Translations under genes and position numbers: made by a program
The notes under the pieces: model-generated
Databases searched by the model: none
The model's input: only the letters and a program-made list of their open reading frames with translations
What the model was told of the DNA's origin: nothing
Source of the DNA: Acinetobacter phage Phab24
Sequence record: MZ477002.1
DNA length: 64,000 bases
Reading direction: 5' to 3' (one strand)
In this document: piece by piece, positions 29,641 to 38,659 of the stretch
Position numbering within the stretch: position 1 is the first letter of the stretch
Layout of the letters: each line of letters begins with the position of its first letter

Positions 29641-29983
29641 ATTGTCATATTATGTGATAAAGTTTTACGAGAAACTTTGGTGTTTGTTTGCTGTATCATA
29701 CTGGATACAACTATACGATGACTACCCATACTCTGCTTCGTTTGATGCTTGGATGAGACAATCCTTGAAAGAAGGGCATAAACTAGAAGTTATTGATAAG
29801 TATCATGCAAAGTTTAATGGTAGGGTACTATGGATAGGAAATGTTCCTTACGCTTCGTTTCATTTGGATGAGGAAGGAAAAACGTCGGTATCACCTGCTA
29901 GATATACAAAATACCTAATAAATAAGCAACTTAAAAAGTTAAATAAGGAGAAGAAGAAAAAACTTGTAGAGGGGTGGAAATGA
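29633..29983 (+). CDS. Hypothetical protein
   Basis: ATG at 29633 (MNKLSYY) after GGAGAG. The ORF-track start at 29606 is an upstream alternative. Confidence 0.5.
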   Translation: MNKLSYYVIKFYEKLWCLFAVSYWIQLYDDYPYSASFDAWMRQSLKEGHKLEVIDKYHAKFNGRVLWIGNVPYASFHLDEEGKTSVSPARYTKYLINKQLKKLNKEKKKKLVEGWK

Positions 29984-30249
29984 TTTGGTACGGTAGATGG
30001 GTGTCAATGTATAAGAATGGTGATAGTGTTCAATTCATACCTAAAAGTGATGGAAAAATACATATCGGTAATTTAAAAATTTTCGGAGAGTATTGTACTA
30101 GGGAACAATATGTAATAACTGATAAGGAAGGTATTGAATATTCTCCTAAAGATATTTTAATTATATCACCTTTTTCTGATTTATACAGAGAAAGACAAAA
30201 CGATTTGTATGACATTATACTCAATCATTATTATGATGATGGTGCTTGA
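29980..30249 (+). CDS. Hypothetical protein
   Basis: ATG after a GAGGGGTGG RBS. Confidence 0.5.
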   Translation: MIWYGRWVSMYKNGDSVQFIPKSDGKIHIGNLKIFGEYCTREQYVITDKEGIEYSPKDILIISPFSDLYRERQNDLYDIILNHYYDDGA

Positions 30250-30314
30250 AATGACAATTATGTTGTTTGAAGAGATAAACAGAAAATGTAATTATATTAA
30301 TTTTAGGAGATAAC

Positions 30315-30515
30315 ATGTTTGATTTAGAAACAACAGGTGCATTAGCAAAACTTTATCCAAAACTACATTCTTTACATGTACAGCTTGAAAAATTAAAAGT
30401 TGAAAAATCAGTGTTTACAGATAAAGAAAAGTACGATATACTAATTTCTGAAAAGTCATTGGAAATTGACGATGTAATTTCTGCTATTATGTGTTACGAC
30501 ATATTCGAGGGGTGA
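30315..30515 (+). CDS. Hypothetical small protein
   Basis: 66-aa ORF with an AGGAGA RBS. Confidence 0.45.
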   Translation: MFDLETTGALAKLYPKLHSLHVQLEKLKVEKSVFTDKEKYDILISEKSLEIDDVISAIMCYDIFEG

Positions 30516-30554
30516 TATGAAAATATTCACACACCAAACAGGAGAGTATTAGAA

Positions 30555-30743
30555 ATGATTAACGTAGTTTATTTGGTTTTATATGTACCTGCGGGTGGTC
30601 ATACTGGTGATACTGGTAAAGCAATCACCACAATCCAAATACCGCAAGTCAATATGCAACAGTGTTTGAAAAATGCACAAACATACGGAAATAAAGGTAA
30701 AGTCAAGGATTCTTATTGCATCGTAGGAGTAATGTCGAAATGA
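30555..30743 (+). CDS. Hypothetical small protein
   Basis: 62-aa ORF with an AGGAGAG RBS region. Confidence 0.4.
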   Translation: MINVVYLVLYVPAGGHTGDTGKAITTIQIPQVNMQQCLKNAQTYGNKGKVKDSYCIVGVMSK

Positions 30744-30949
30744 TTAAATTTATAGAAGTTGATATAGCAAATTCAGAGTCAAAAACTCTTATTAATGTAT
30801 CTCAAATTGTAAATATTGGTACGCATTATAAAAGTGGAAATGGATACATTTCATTTAATTCTAGTGGTCGTGGTGATGAAAATTACATTGAAACCAAACA
30901 GAGATATGAAGAATTGAAGCAAGCAATCAAATATTGCATGGAGAATTAA
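30740..30949 (+). CDS. Hypothetical small protein
   Basis: Internal ATG (MIKFIEVD) after GGAGTAATG. Confidence 0.4.
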   Translation: MIKFIEVDIANSESKTLINVSQIVNIGTHYKSGNGYISFNSSGRGDENYIETKQRYEELKQAIKYCMEN

Positions 30950-31176
30950 ATGAGCAAGGCAAAATTAGAATGGATTAAGGCGCACATGCCAGATGGATGC
31001 TCTCATTATGAAGAAAGTAGGGTATATGTTACTTTTATTTTTCAGAATGAGCCACATAAGAATCTAAAAGTTAAAAACCAGAATGGATGATTTAATATGA
31101 TTAAATGTCAATTTTGTGGAAGAGATATTAAAAATCATGCAATTTACTGCCCTTTGATGTATCGGAGTATTTTTAA

Positions 31177-31506
31177 ATGAAACCAGAACAGTTTATTCGT
31201 AAGTATGGACCAAACACTTTTAGGATATCAATGTCTTTCGTAAATACGGCTAAGTATTTGGTGGTTCATGATGATGAGATTGATTTTACAGATCAAATCA
31301 AGCCTCATCATGGCGATCGTGTATTTGAACGGTCCGTGGTCAAGCGTCTGGTGGAATCGGTTGATTTAGTCGAATCATGGGGTGGAATTGATGATGTAAA
31401 GCTTTATGACTTGTCTCATTGCAAAGACAAGCCTGAATCGGCTGGATACAAGTTGCTTCAAGCAATTGCTGATTACGAATCAATATATGGAGGCGGGGAT
31501 GAGTAA
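31177..31506 (+). CDS. Hypothetical protein, first gene of the GC-richer island
   Basis: 109-aa ORF. Local GC is visibly higher than the flanks. Confidence 0.5.
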   Translation: MKPEQFIRKYGPNTFRISMSFVNTAKYLVVHDDEIDFTDQIKPHHGDRVFERSVVKRLVESVDLVESWGGIDDVKLYDLSHCKDKPESAGYKLLQAIADYESIYGGGDE

Positions 31507-31744
31507 ATTCAAAAATGAAGTGAAAGCCACGCTAAAGGATTTTAAAAAGCTTTATACACATGATTGGTGGGAGATCAAAGAGTCATTTCAATTTTATAAA
31601 CAAGCGTTCCGTGACTTTGTGTATGCAACGAAACTATTACTGATGGCGTTGCTCGGAGTTATTTATTTATTTACAGCACCATTTCTAATTCCTGCTGCAA
31701 TCGTAATAAGAGTTTTACGAAAAGGAGGTAGCCATGAATCTTAA
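31498..31744 (+). CDS. Small membrane protein
   Basis: ATG after GGAGGCGGGG. One TM helix (LLLMALLGVIYLFTAPFLIPAAIVI). Confidence 0.45.
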
Positions 31745-32330
31745 ACAATGGCAACGAAGTGAAAAAATAAAGGCTGAAGCAGAGGCAGCAGCTAAGCGCA
31801 CAATTGAGCGTGTATTAAATGCAGTGAAGGAGCCAGCCATGAGTGAGTTTAAAGTCGGAGATTGGGTCAAGATGAAGGATGATTCTTCTGCGTGGATGGG
31901 TAGGGTAGAAGCTATAGAGTACAAGCCGTGTTTCGATTCAAAGTGGAACAGATATGAGATTGAGATTCTTGTTTTTGAAGATGGCAAGAAATTGGGTTCT
32001 GAGTGGGCTATTCATGTTGTTAAAGCAGCAGGTCACCGCATTGACATGCCTTCTCTGCCTGAGCCAGTAGGAAGCTTACAAGAATTGCATCCCGAGTTTG
32101 CAAAAGTCTTGCACGAGAACTTTCTAGAGTTGCTAGGTGATGAATCCAACACTGTTCAGGTGGCAAAAGATGCAATTGAACATGGTAACGACTTAGCAAT
32201 GGTGTCAATTGAAGGTGTTGAGCATGTATCTATAGCTCATGTAATCAACCCGTTTCCTTGTAAGGAATTAGGCGACGACTTCCCCATAGAAAACCACATA
32301 AGCCCGCTGTGTAAATCAAAGGATGTTTGA
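31734..32330 (+). CDS. Hypothetical protein
   Basis: 198 aa, start overlaps the upstream stop. Contains KVGDWVKMKDD (SH3/KOW-like barrel motif). Confidence 0.5.
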   Translation: MNLKQWQRSEKIKAEAEAAAKRTIERVLNAVKEPAMSEFKVGDWVKMKDDSSAWMGRVEAIEYKPCFDSKWNRYEIEILVFEDGKKLGSEWAIHVVKAAGHRIDMPSLPEPVGSLQELHPEFAKVLHENFLELLGDESNTVQVAKDAIEHGNDLAMVSIEGVEHVSIAHVINPFPCKELGDDFPIENHISPLCKSKDV

Positions 32331-32886
32331 GATGGATAAGAAAGCACTATTAGAACAGTTTGAAGCATTACCGCTTATGGTCGCAATTCTAAATGACAGA
32401 TTCATTTATGTGGATCAGACAAACGAATATGCACATCAGAATCTCGAAGATAATCGTGTGACATTAGGCTATGTAAATGGCGCTTGGTACGCGTTTCAGC
32501 ACCAGCAAGCGAAAGTTTGTTCTTTGGAAGAACAGGTGGAGGAGCTGCAAAAGCAATTAAGTGAATACATATTTGTGGCTGAAACTATTGATGAAATGTA
32601 TGTGAAAGAAGTCCAGAAAAGTGACGAGCTGCAAAAGCGGGTGGATGCAGCAAAGCAACTAATTGAAGATTTAAATAAGTGCTATCAACAAGATCATCAG
32701 AATAAATTTGAATATTGGCGTGGGTTTGCAGACAGCGCAGGAATTTTTGGAAAAAGATTAGAGCAAGCGCTCCACGGTGAATGCACACATGAGTCAGATG
32801 GCAGTTTTCTTCTTAGTAATCCACCAAGAACTAAATGCAAGAAGTGTGGTGAATTCTATTTTAAAGTACTCAAGGAGGAAGGATGA
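32323..32886 (+). CDS. Coiled-coil protein with a C-terminal Cys pair and an NGAWYAFQ motif
   Basis: 187 aa. VNGAWYAFQHQQAKV recurs as INGAWYAWQEKVKAQ in the minus-strand ORF 55656..56108. C-terminal CKKCG. Confidence 0.5.
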   Translation: MFEMDKKALLEQFEALPLMVAILNDRFIYVDQTNEYAHQNLEDNRVTLGYVNGAWYAFQHQQAKVCSLEEQVEELQKQLSEYIFVAETIDEMYVKEVQKSDELQKRVDAAKQLIEDLNKCYQQDHQNKFEYWRGFADSAGIFGKRLEQALHGECTHESDGSFLLSNPPRTKCKKCGEFYFKVLKEEG

Positions 32887-33242
32887 TAACATTTGTAATC
32901 AGTGTGCTAATCATCTATTCAGTGAGCATTACGGTTTTATTCTTCATGATGCGTGAAATGCTTCATAAATACATTCAAAGTAACGAAAATGAAGAACCTA
33001 AAACTAAATATGATTGGTCAAAAATTCCAGATGATGTGGATTGGGTGGCGACAAATGAAAACGGATTTGCGTGGGGGTATGAAGGGAAACCTTTAAGTGG
33101 ATGGTTGCATTCGGGGTTTTGGTATTGTGGAGGCAATAAAAGACTTGTATATTGGTGCAATGAAAATCCATATAAGGGAGATTGGCAAGATTCGTTGGAA
33201 AAGAGACCAGAAATAAAAGTATTTAACAGTAAGTCGATATGA
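32883..33242 (+). CDS. Membrane-anchored protein
   Basis: N-terminal TM helix (FVISVLIIYSVSITVLFFMM). ATGA coupling to the upstream gene. Confidence 0.5.
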   Translation: MITFVISVLIIYSVSITVLFFMMREMLHKYIQSNENEEPKTKYDWSKIPDDVDWVATNENGFAWGYEGKPLSGWLHSGFWYCGGNKRLVYWCNENPYKGDWQDSLEKRPEIKVFNSKSI

Positions 33243-33351
33243 AGAGTATGAATTAATGAAAAGATGAACGGATTGGTCATTTGTTTGGCTTGTTATTGCT
33301 GGAATTTGTGTTTTTATTCTTCTGGTGAAGAATTAATTAGAGGATGTCATA

Positions 33352-33597
33352 ATGAATAAATTAATTATCGTTATTTTAACTTTGATACTAACTGCATGTT
33401 CAAAGGAAACCAAGAACATATCAGAAAGATATCAACTACCAGAGGAATTGAGTGATTGTAAGGTGTACAGAATGAGAGATGAAGGAGGGAATGTTATAAC
33501 TCTGGTTAGATGTCCTAATTCAAGCACAACTACGAGTTATACAAGATCAAGCGGTAAAAGTTCAAGTCGTTATAGTAACACGGTGGTTGAAAAATGA
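33352..33597 (+). CDS. Small lipoprotein
   Basis: Signal peptide plus lipobox MNKLIIVILTLILTACSK. Confidence 0.5.
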   Translation: MNKLIIVILTLILTACSKETKNISERYQLPEELSDCKVYRMRDEGGNVITLVRCPNSSTTTSYTRSSGKSSSRYSNTVVEK

Positions 33598-33869
33598 TTA
33601 AGTCAGTAGAGTTGGCTAGAAAGAAAGGATTTCACCATAAATTTGATTTTGCAATGTCAAGAATATGGTTGACAAAGGACAGTCATGAGATGGTTGGAAA
33701 TTATGTGTTAATCCATTTCATGAATAATAAAAAGATATTTGGTGTTGATTATATAGCTTGCGAAAATCAATCCGAATTAAATAAAGCAAAATCAGATATG
33801 CTCAATAAAGGATTTAAAATTGAGTGGTGTGTGTTTCAAGATGCTTTGGAGTTTATAAGTGAACATTGA
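33594..33869 (+). CDS. Hypothetical protein
   Basis: 91-aa ORF with ATGA coupling. Confidence 0.45.
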   Translation: MIKSVELARKKGFHHKFDFAMSRIWLTKDSHEMVGNYVLIHFMNNKKIFGVDYIACENQSELNKAKSDMLNKGFKIEWCVFQDALEFISEH

Positions 33870-34147
33870 TGAAATCAGAAAGAACAAGCCATACGGTGCA
33901 ACGCATTATTGTAGTGAACCGTATATTGGGTATTTTTATTTTGATTTCCAGTGGTTTGAGTGGGATGAGCGTGAAGATTGTTGGTTATCATTGCATTTTG
34001 ACCCTAGAAAATATAGAGACATTAAACCGATTTATTAGGAGTGAAGATGGACATTGATGAGATTAAGAATTTTCGAGAGGATATTAAAGAGATTGGGGAC
34101 TTCTGCACATTCACCAATGGTAACGATTACTGGTTGAGTGCTTATTA

Positions 34148-34693
34148 ATGGAAAGAGTATTTGTTAGACCAGTGGTCGGCTTTGAGAAAGAATATGTTGT
34201 ATCAAATAGTGGTGATGTTTATTCGATTCCAAGAAAGGGGACATGGGTTTTAAAAAAACTAACACCTCAAATAAATCACAATGGATACAAGAGAGTAACA
34301 CTGACTAAAGGAGGTAAGAGAAACTACCTATTTATTCACAGAATAGTTGCAATAACATTTATTGATAACCCTTTAAATAAATCAACTGTTAATCATATTG
34401 ATGGAGTAAAATTTAATAATAATTTGCTAAATCTAGAGTGGGCTACTCAATCAGAAAACACTCAACATGCGGTTGATAATAACCTTATTCGTAGAGCAAA
34501 GGGTGAGGATATGTCTAGAGTCTTGACAGAAAGCGACATTGTGGAAATATTGAGATTAAGGTCAAAAGGTATGACTCAAAAGGAAATAGGTGTGAAAATA
34601 GGTAGACCAACCTCAACAATACAATGCATACTTAATGGTAGGAGATGGTCTCACATAACAGGGATTAGATTTGGAATAGACAAGCCTCTTTAA
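34148..34693 (+). CDS. HNH homing endonuclease (NUMOD4/HNH_3 type) with a C-terminal helix-turn-helix
   Basis: NGYKRV...HRIVA..F...NHIDGVKFNNNLLNLEWATQSEN is the classical phage HNH_3 signature. The C-terminal MTQKEIGVKIGRPTSTIQ is HTH-like. Confidence 0.75.
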   Translation: MERVFVRPVVGFEKEYVVSNSGDVYSIPRKGTWVLKKLTPQINHNGYKRVTLTKGGKRNYLFIHRIVAITFIDNPLNKSTVNHIDGVKFNNNLLNLEWATQSENTQHAVDNNLIRRAKGEDMSRVLTESDIVEILRLRSKGMTQKEIGVKIGRPTSTIQCILNGRRWSHITGIRFGIDKPL

Positions 34694-34772
34694 TGGGGCT
34701 TTTTTATAACCATTACTTGCTATAATCAATCAAATGTTTTATTCTTATACATAACACAAGGAGTATTAAATA

Positions 34773-35000
34773 ATGCTACATATAGTTTCAGATCATATAA
34801 TGATACCATCCTCCTATTATCTTGTACATAACAGTGAGGAAATGTGTGTTATCTATCATGGGGGTATTTTCTATATCACACATTATACGTTTGGTGTTTA
34901 TATGGAAATAGTTGGTATATTTGTATATGGGTGGCAAGTTATGCAAGCTTGGGATAAATTCTACAGCTCTGAAGATTTTGGGAAAAATTTTTGGAAGTAG
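34773..35000 (+). CDS. Hypothetical small protein
   Basis: 75-aa ORF, last plus-strand gene before the convergent non-coding region. Confidence 0.4.
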   Translation: MLHIVSDHIMIPSSYYLVHNSEEMCVIYHGGIFYITHYTFGVYMEIVGIFVYGWQVMQAWDKFYSSEDFGKNFWK

Positions 35001-35545
35001 GTTTTTAGAATTGGGGGTGGGGGTGTTATAGTTGGAAAATATCTGTTGTGTTTAGGAGGGGTGAGAGATACTTATCAAGAAGAGGGATGATTTTACAATT
35101 TATGTGTTAGATCATCTATATACTTTAGTGCTTAACACCTTCCGACCGCCCTCAATAATTAAGCCTTTCATATTTTAAAATATCCTATAATATCGCTTCA
35201 AAGATTAATGACTTTAATTTCACATTGCCCGTGTATCCCATGCACGGGTAGATAGGTAAGCACATAAGCTTTTAATCTTTGTTTATATCTTTTGTCAGAA
35301 ACATTCTTCTTTAGCTTTTTTATTCTTACATGTGGGGTGTTGGTTTAATTCTTTAACGATTTAAATTTAAATAACAGTGTTAAACTTTAATCTCTATTTA
35401 TTAACATTCTTTTATTTGCTCATATAGAGCTATTACAGCAATGTTTACCAATTAAGGTAGGATAGTACAGCTATATCCAATTAAAGCTTAATAAAGCTTG
35501 TATACGGCGCTATAATGCCATGTTATTTGATCTATTCTCTATTAC

Positions 35546-35582
35546 TTTTCTTTAGACAATAAAAAGCCCGCATATAGCGGGC
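35546..35582 (-). terminator. Rho-independent terminator (potentially bidirectional)
   Basis: GCCCGC-ATATA-GCGGGC hairpin flanked by AAAAA on the plus strand and ATTATTT on the other side. On the minus strand it follows the stop of ORF 35600..35836. Confidence 0.6.
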
Positions 35583-35599
35583 ATTATTTAGAGTAGGGA

Positions 35600-35836
35600 T
35601 TAGTTAGGGGTTAAGACTACAGAACCTCCTTTTTTGTCTACTCCATGACATTGGAACTCTACGTTGGATTTAGAGCTTATTTGATCTTGAATCTCTAGCA
35701 TCATCGCAATGCAATCATCTTGTTTCATGTTACGTTTCATTTCTATTTTATCAATGACTCGTGGATAATAATTTTTAGCTACTGGTGTTTGTGTAGGCGA
35801 ATAGATAACTAAAACTAAAGCATATAATATATTCAT
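35600..35836 (-). CDS. Secreted/membrane small protein
   Basis: 78 aa with an N-terminal hydrophobic signal-like segment (MNILYALVLVIYSP). Confidence 0.45.
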   Translation of the reverse strand: MNILYALVLVIYSPTQTPVAKNYYPRVIDKIEMKRNMKQDDCIAMMLEIQDQISSKSNVEFQCHGVDKKGGSVVLTPN

Positions 35837-35838
35837 GT

Positions 35839-36057
35839 TTACACCCCTTGTGAGTAAAGTTGGTTTAATAATTCCTGATTATGATTGATCTTTCGACCTG
35901 ATTTAATCACTTGTTTGGTGAAGAACAAGGACCAACCTTTGTATGTTGCATAACGTTCTACTGTTAAGAAGTCGTTGTAATACTCTACATAAGCTTCATT
36001 CAATTCAATAGCTAACTGTTTTTGATTGATCATGTTCATACTCCTTATGAAAACCAT
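35839..36057 (-). CDS. Hypothetical small protein
   Basis: 72-aa ORF. Confidence 0.4.
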   Translation of the reverse strand: MVFIRSMNMINQKQLAIELNEAYVEYYNDFLTVERYATYKGWSLFFTKQVIKSGRKINHNQELLNQLYSQGV

Positions 36058-36305
36058 ATTAAAATTAAATCATCGTAACGTATTAAGTCACGCTCTAATA
36101 TTTCTTTCACACTGCGCAAATCATATCTGTTGACATGATGTAGAAAACTTTCTAAACGGTTTTGTACTTGAATCATTTCATCAATATCAGAACGTAATTC
36201 AAATTTTCGACTAATTGTGCCATTATGACTTGTAAAGCGTAATTCTAATTTCATAGTATTGCCTTTGAGTTTTATCACTTCAATAAATTCATTATACAGA
36301 AACAA
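36045..36305 (-). CDS. Hypothetical small protein
   Basis: 86-aa ORF. Confidence 0.45.
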   Translation of the reverse strand: MFLYNEFIEVIKLKGNTMKLELRFTSHNGTISRKFELRSDIDEMIQVQNRLESFLHHVNRYDLRSVKEILERDLIRYDDLILIWFS

Positions 36306-36370
36306 AAAAAAGGATGCAATCCTATTTTTAATTATTTTTAGACAATAAAAAGCGCCAATTAAGGCGCTGC
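36306..36370 (-). terminator. Tandem rho-independent terminators
   Basis: AGCGCC-AATTAA-GGCGCT and AGGAT-GCA-ATCCT hairpins, each followed on the minus strand by a T-run. The context TTTAGACAATAAAAAGC is shared with the 35546 terminator. Confidence 0.55.
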
Positions 36371-36388
36371 AAGGTAAAGCTAGATAAG

Positions 36389-36619
36389 CTAACTTTTAAC
36401 AATATTGATTTTAGCTAACATACTGTAAGCAGGAACATCACACAATAGAAATTGCTTATGCCCCTGAGATAACATTTCAATGAATGATTCATCACATGGC
36501 TTATAGCTTTTAATCACTTTCATGTTATTGACTTTATGAGCACATATTGATGTTTTGCCTGATATAGGGCATTTGTAACGGTTAATAATTAACATTGTGT
36601 TATACCTCCTTTCAAGCAT
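36389..36619 (-). CDS. Cys-rich small protein
   Basis: 76 aa containing C..C....C......C. Confidence 0.4.
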   Translation of the reverse strand: MLERRYNTMLIINRYKCPISGKTSICAHKVNNMKVIKSYKPCDESFIEMLSQGHKQFLLCDVPAYSMLAKINIVKS

Positions 36620-36893
36620 AAATACGTTGTAACCAGATCATAACATCATTACTGTTTTCTTTAATATCTAAATGCAACATAAAGAAATCATTTAATAAAT
36701 CTTCAAAAGGTGTATCATAATCATACAACGCTTCATAGAACTCAACATCTTGTCTAAATGTGTAAATGTCCCTGTCATCTAACTCATCATTAACGGCAAT
36801 AATGTCATTAATATTACGTAATGCTATCATTTTCCAGCGTTCTGTTTGATTAACAGATAAATAGTCAATAATTTCTTGCTTAGATAATTTCAT
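36612..36893 (-). CDS. Hypothetical acidic protein
   Basis: 93-aa ORF. Confidence 0.45.
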   Translation of the reverse strand: MKLSKQEIIDYLSVNQTERWKMIALRNINDIIAVNDELDDRDIYTFRQDVEFYEALYDYDTPFEDLLNDFFMLHLDIKENSNDVMIWLQRIYA

Positions 36894-36920
36894 GATGTAT
36901 TACTCCGATTAAACTTTATT

Positions 36921-37076
36921 AAACTTGTCGTTCAATTCTTTAGCTTTTAGTTCAGCTTTGGCTTTCGTTGATTCCACATAATATGTTCTAAAAGCTTTAG
37001 ACTTAACTCGCCACACTTTTTTATTGGCTTTATTACTAAATCCTCTTTCAACATACCATAATTTAATATAGCTCAT
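36921..37076 (-). CDS. Small basic protein (about 51 aa, below the ORF-track cutoff)
   Basis: Hand translation gives MSYIKLWYVERGFSNKANKKVWRVKSKAFRTYYVESTKAKAELKAKELNDKFNKV. Confidence 0.3.
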
Positions 37077-37095
37077 TGTCTTAAATCCTATTTTA

Positions 37096-37299
37096 TCAAT
37101 TTAAATCTAAAGTTAAAAAATCAGAAGAAACTAATATTTCAGCACCACTTAACAGTTTTATCACAAAGTAGTTTGGTTCAAATGTTTTTCGCAAAATAAT
37201 AGCCTTGTGATCTAAACGTTTAAAATCTTTTGGTACACCTTTATAAATAACTTTATTGCCAACTTTATACATTTTTAAATACCTAAAATAAAGATTCAT
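37096..37299 (-). CDS. Hypothetical small protein
   Basis: 67-aa ORF. Confidence 0.4.
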   Translation of the reverse strand: MNLYFRYLKMYKVGNKVIYKGVPKDFKRLDHKAIILRKTFEPNYFVIKLLSGAEILVSSDFLTLDLN

Positions 37300-37474
37300 T
37301 TAATATTGTGCATCATACTGTTATTAATACAATGCACGTTTGCTCAGTGTTGCTTAGTCAATAAAACGTATATTTTGTCCCAGTTTAAAAGCTTGTTCTA
37401 AAGCTTCACCAACACTTTTTACGTATATCACTTGATAGTTTTCTAATGTAACTTTTAACATGTTGTTTATCCTT

Positions 37475-37843
37475 TTAAAGAGCTTGTAAAAACTTATATG
37501 AGCCGTACTTATTCCAAGCACTAAAATCATGATTCACATAACACAAAGCTTTTAGAAAATCTAAGTCTTGAACGTTTAATTTGTCATTACCTAAATTCTG
37601 CTTAACATATACATCAGCAGCTTTTTGCACTGCAACACTAAGTTTATTAAAACCGCAACCGCTTACACTAACTTGAACCATTTCTGAACCATGTAAGTGT
37701 AAATACAAGTATAATTTACCCATACCGTCTTTAGGGTACTTAACAGTCATAGTGCCTTTTTGATCGCCTTCATTGTCAATGATCACATATGCAGACACTT
37801 GATCGAAATGTTTAGAATGTTTGTCGTATACTGAAGTAGTCAT
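37475..37843 (-). CDS. Hypothetical protein, first gene of the minus-strand island
   Basis: 122-aa ORF with 500 bp of non-coding DNA upstream. Confidence 0.5.
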   Translation of the reverse strand: MTTSVYDKHSKHFDQVSAYVIIDNEGDQKGTMTVKYPKDGMGKLYLYLHLHGSEMVQVSVSGCGFNKLSVAVQKAADVYVKQNLGNDKLNVQDLDFLKALCYVNHDFSAWNKYGSYKFLQAL

Positions 37844-38365
37844 AATCTTTCCTTTAAGCTGTTAGCTTGTTTCGTTTCGATGAGTTCATAATAACAAATT
37901 TTAGAATCATTGCAAGCACTTTTTTCAAATAATTTTAAAATAATACTAAAAATAATCATAAATACATGAAAATAAAGTGAATTTAATTAGTTATTTTATT
38001 AAATCTTTTATTAGTAGCTTTGGAAAATCATTTATTTAGGTGAATTAAGCGCCGTCTTTTATCATTACTAGCAAGGAAACAAAGGATATTCACCAATGGA
38101 AAGGTTGAGATACACCCTTTCATCTTTCGTATAAATAGAAACGCGTGTGAATAACATAGAAATAATTGTAAATCAATAAAAATTACATTTCTTTACCTTT
38201 CATTCTACATAAAAATAATGTATTATATCGATAAAACCCGATATGATTTTTCACTCACCAGTATTTTCAAAATAAATTGCAAAATTCTCTAAAAATTTTT
38301 CACGCAGGCTCGTGCGAGAGGGTAATCGTTCTTTCTATAAAACAAATATAAATTCTTATATAAGA

Positions 38366-38659
38366 TTATATAAAACTAATCAAACTAAATAGTAAAATTA
38401 ACCATATAGTACACACAAACAAGGTAAAACTAACTACAATTACACCAATACTTTCTACGATATTAGGTGGTCTATAGTCCCATAGAAGGTTAACACCAAT
38501 AAAACATAAAGATAAAATACAACAAACCACGACAAATGCTGTAAATGCTCCAAACAATTCCACAATAATCTCCATAATTACTAGTTTAAGAAGAGGGAGG
38601 GGTGCCATCAAAAAGTAACGGCATTTTGTTTTACAAATCAAGAATATCATATACTGCAC
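38366..38659 (-). CDS. Small integral membrane protein
   Basis: 97 aa with 2-3 hydrophobic helices. Overlaps the upstream gene by 13 nt. Confidence 0.5.
   Translation of the reverse strand: MQYMIFLICKTKCRYFLMAPLPLLKLVIMEIIVELFGAFTAFVVVCCILSLCFIGVNLLWDYRPPNIVESIGVIVVSFTLFVCTIWLILLFSLISFI

Noticed and set aside
31715-33280. Minus-strand ORFs 31715..31987, 32020..32208, 32585..32788 and 32975..33280
   Set aside because: Antisense to the translationally coupled plus-strand island. Products are Ser/Leu/His-rich and low complexity.
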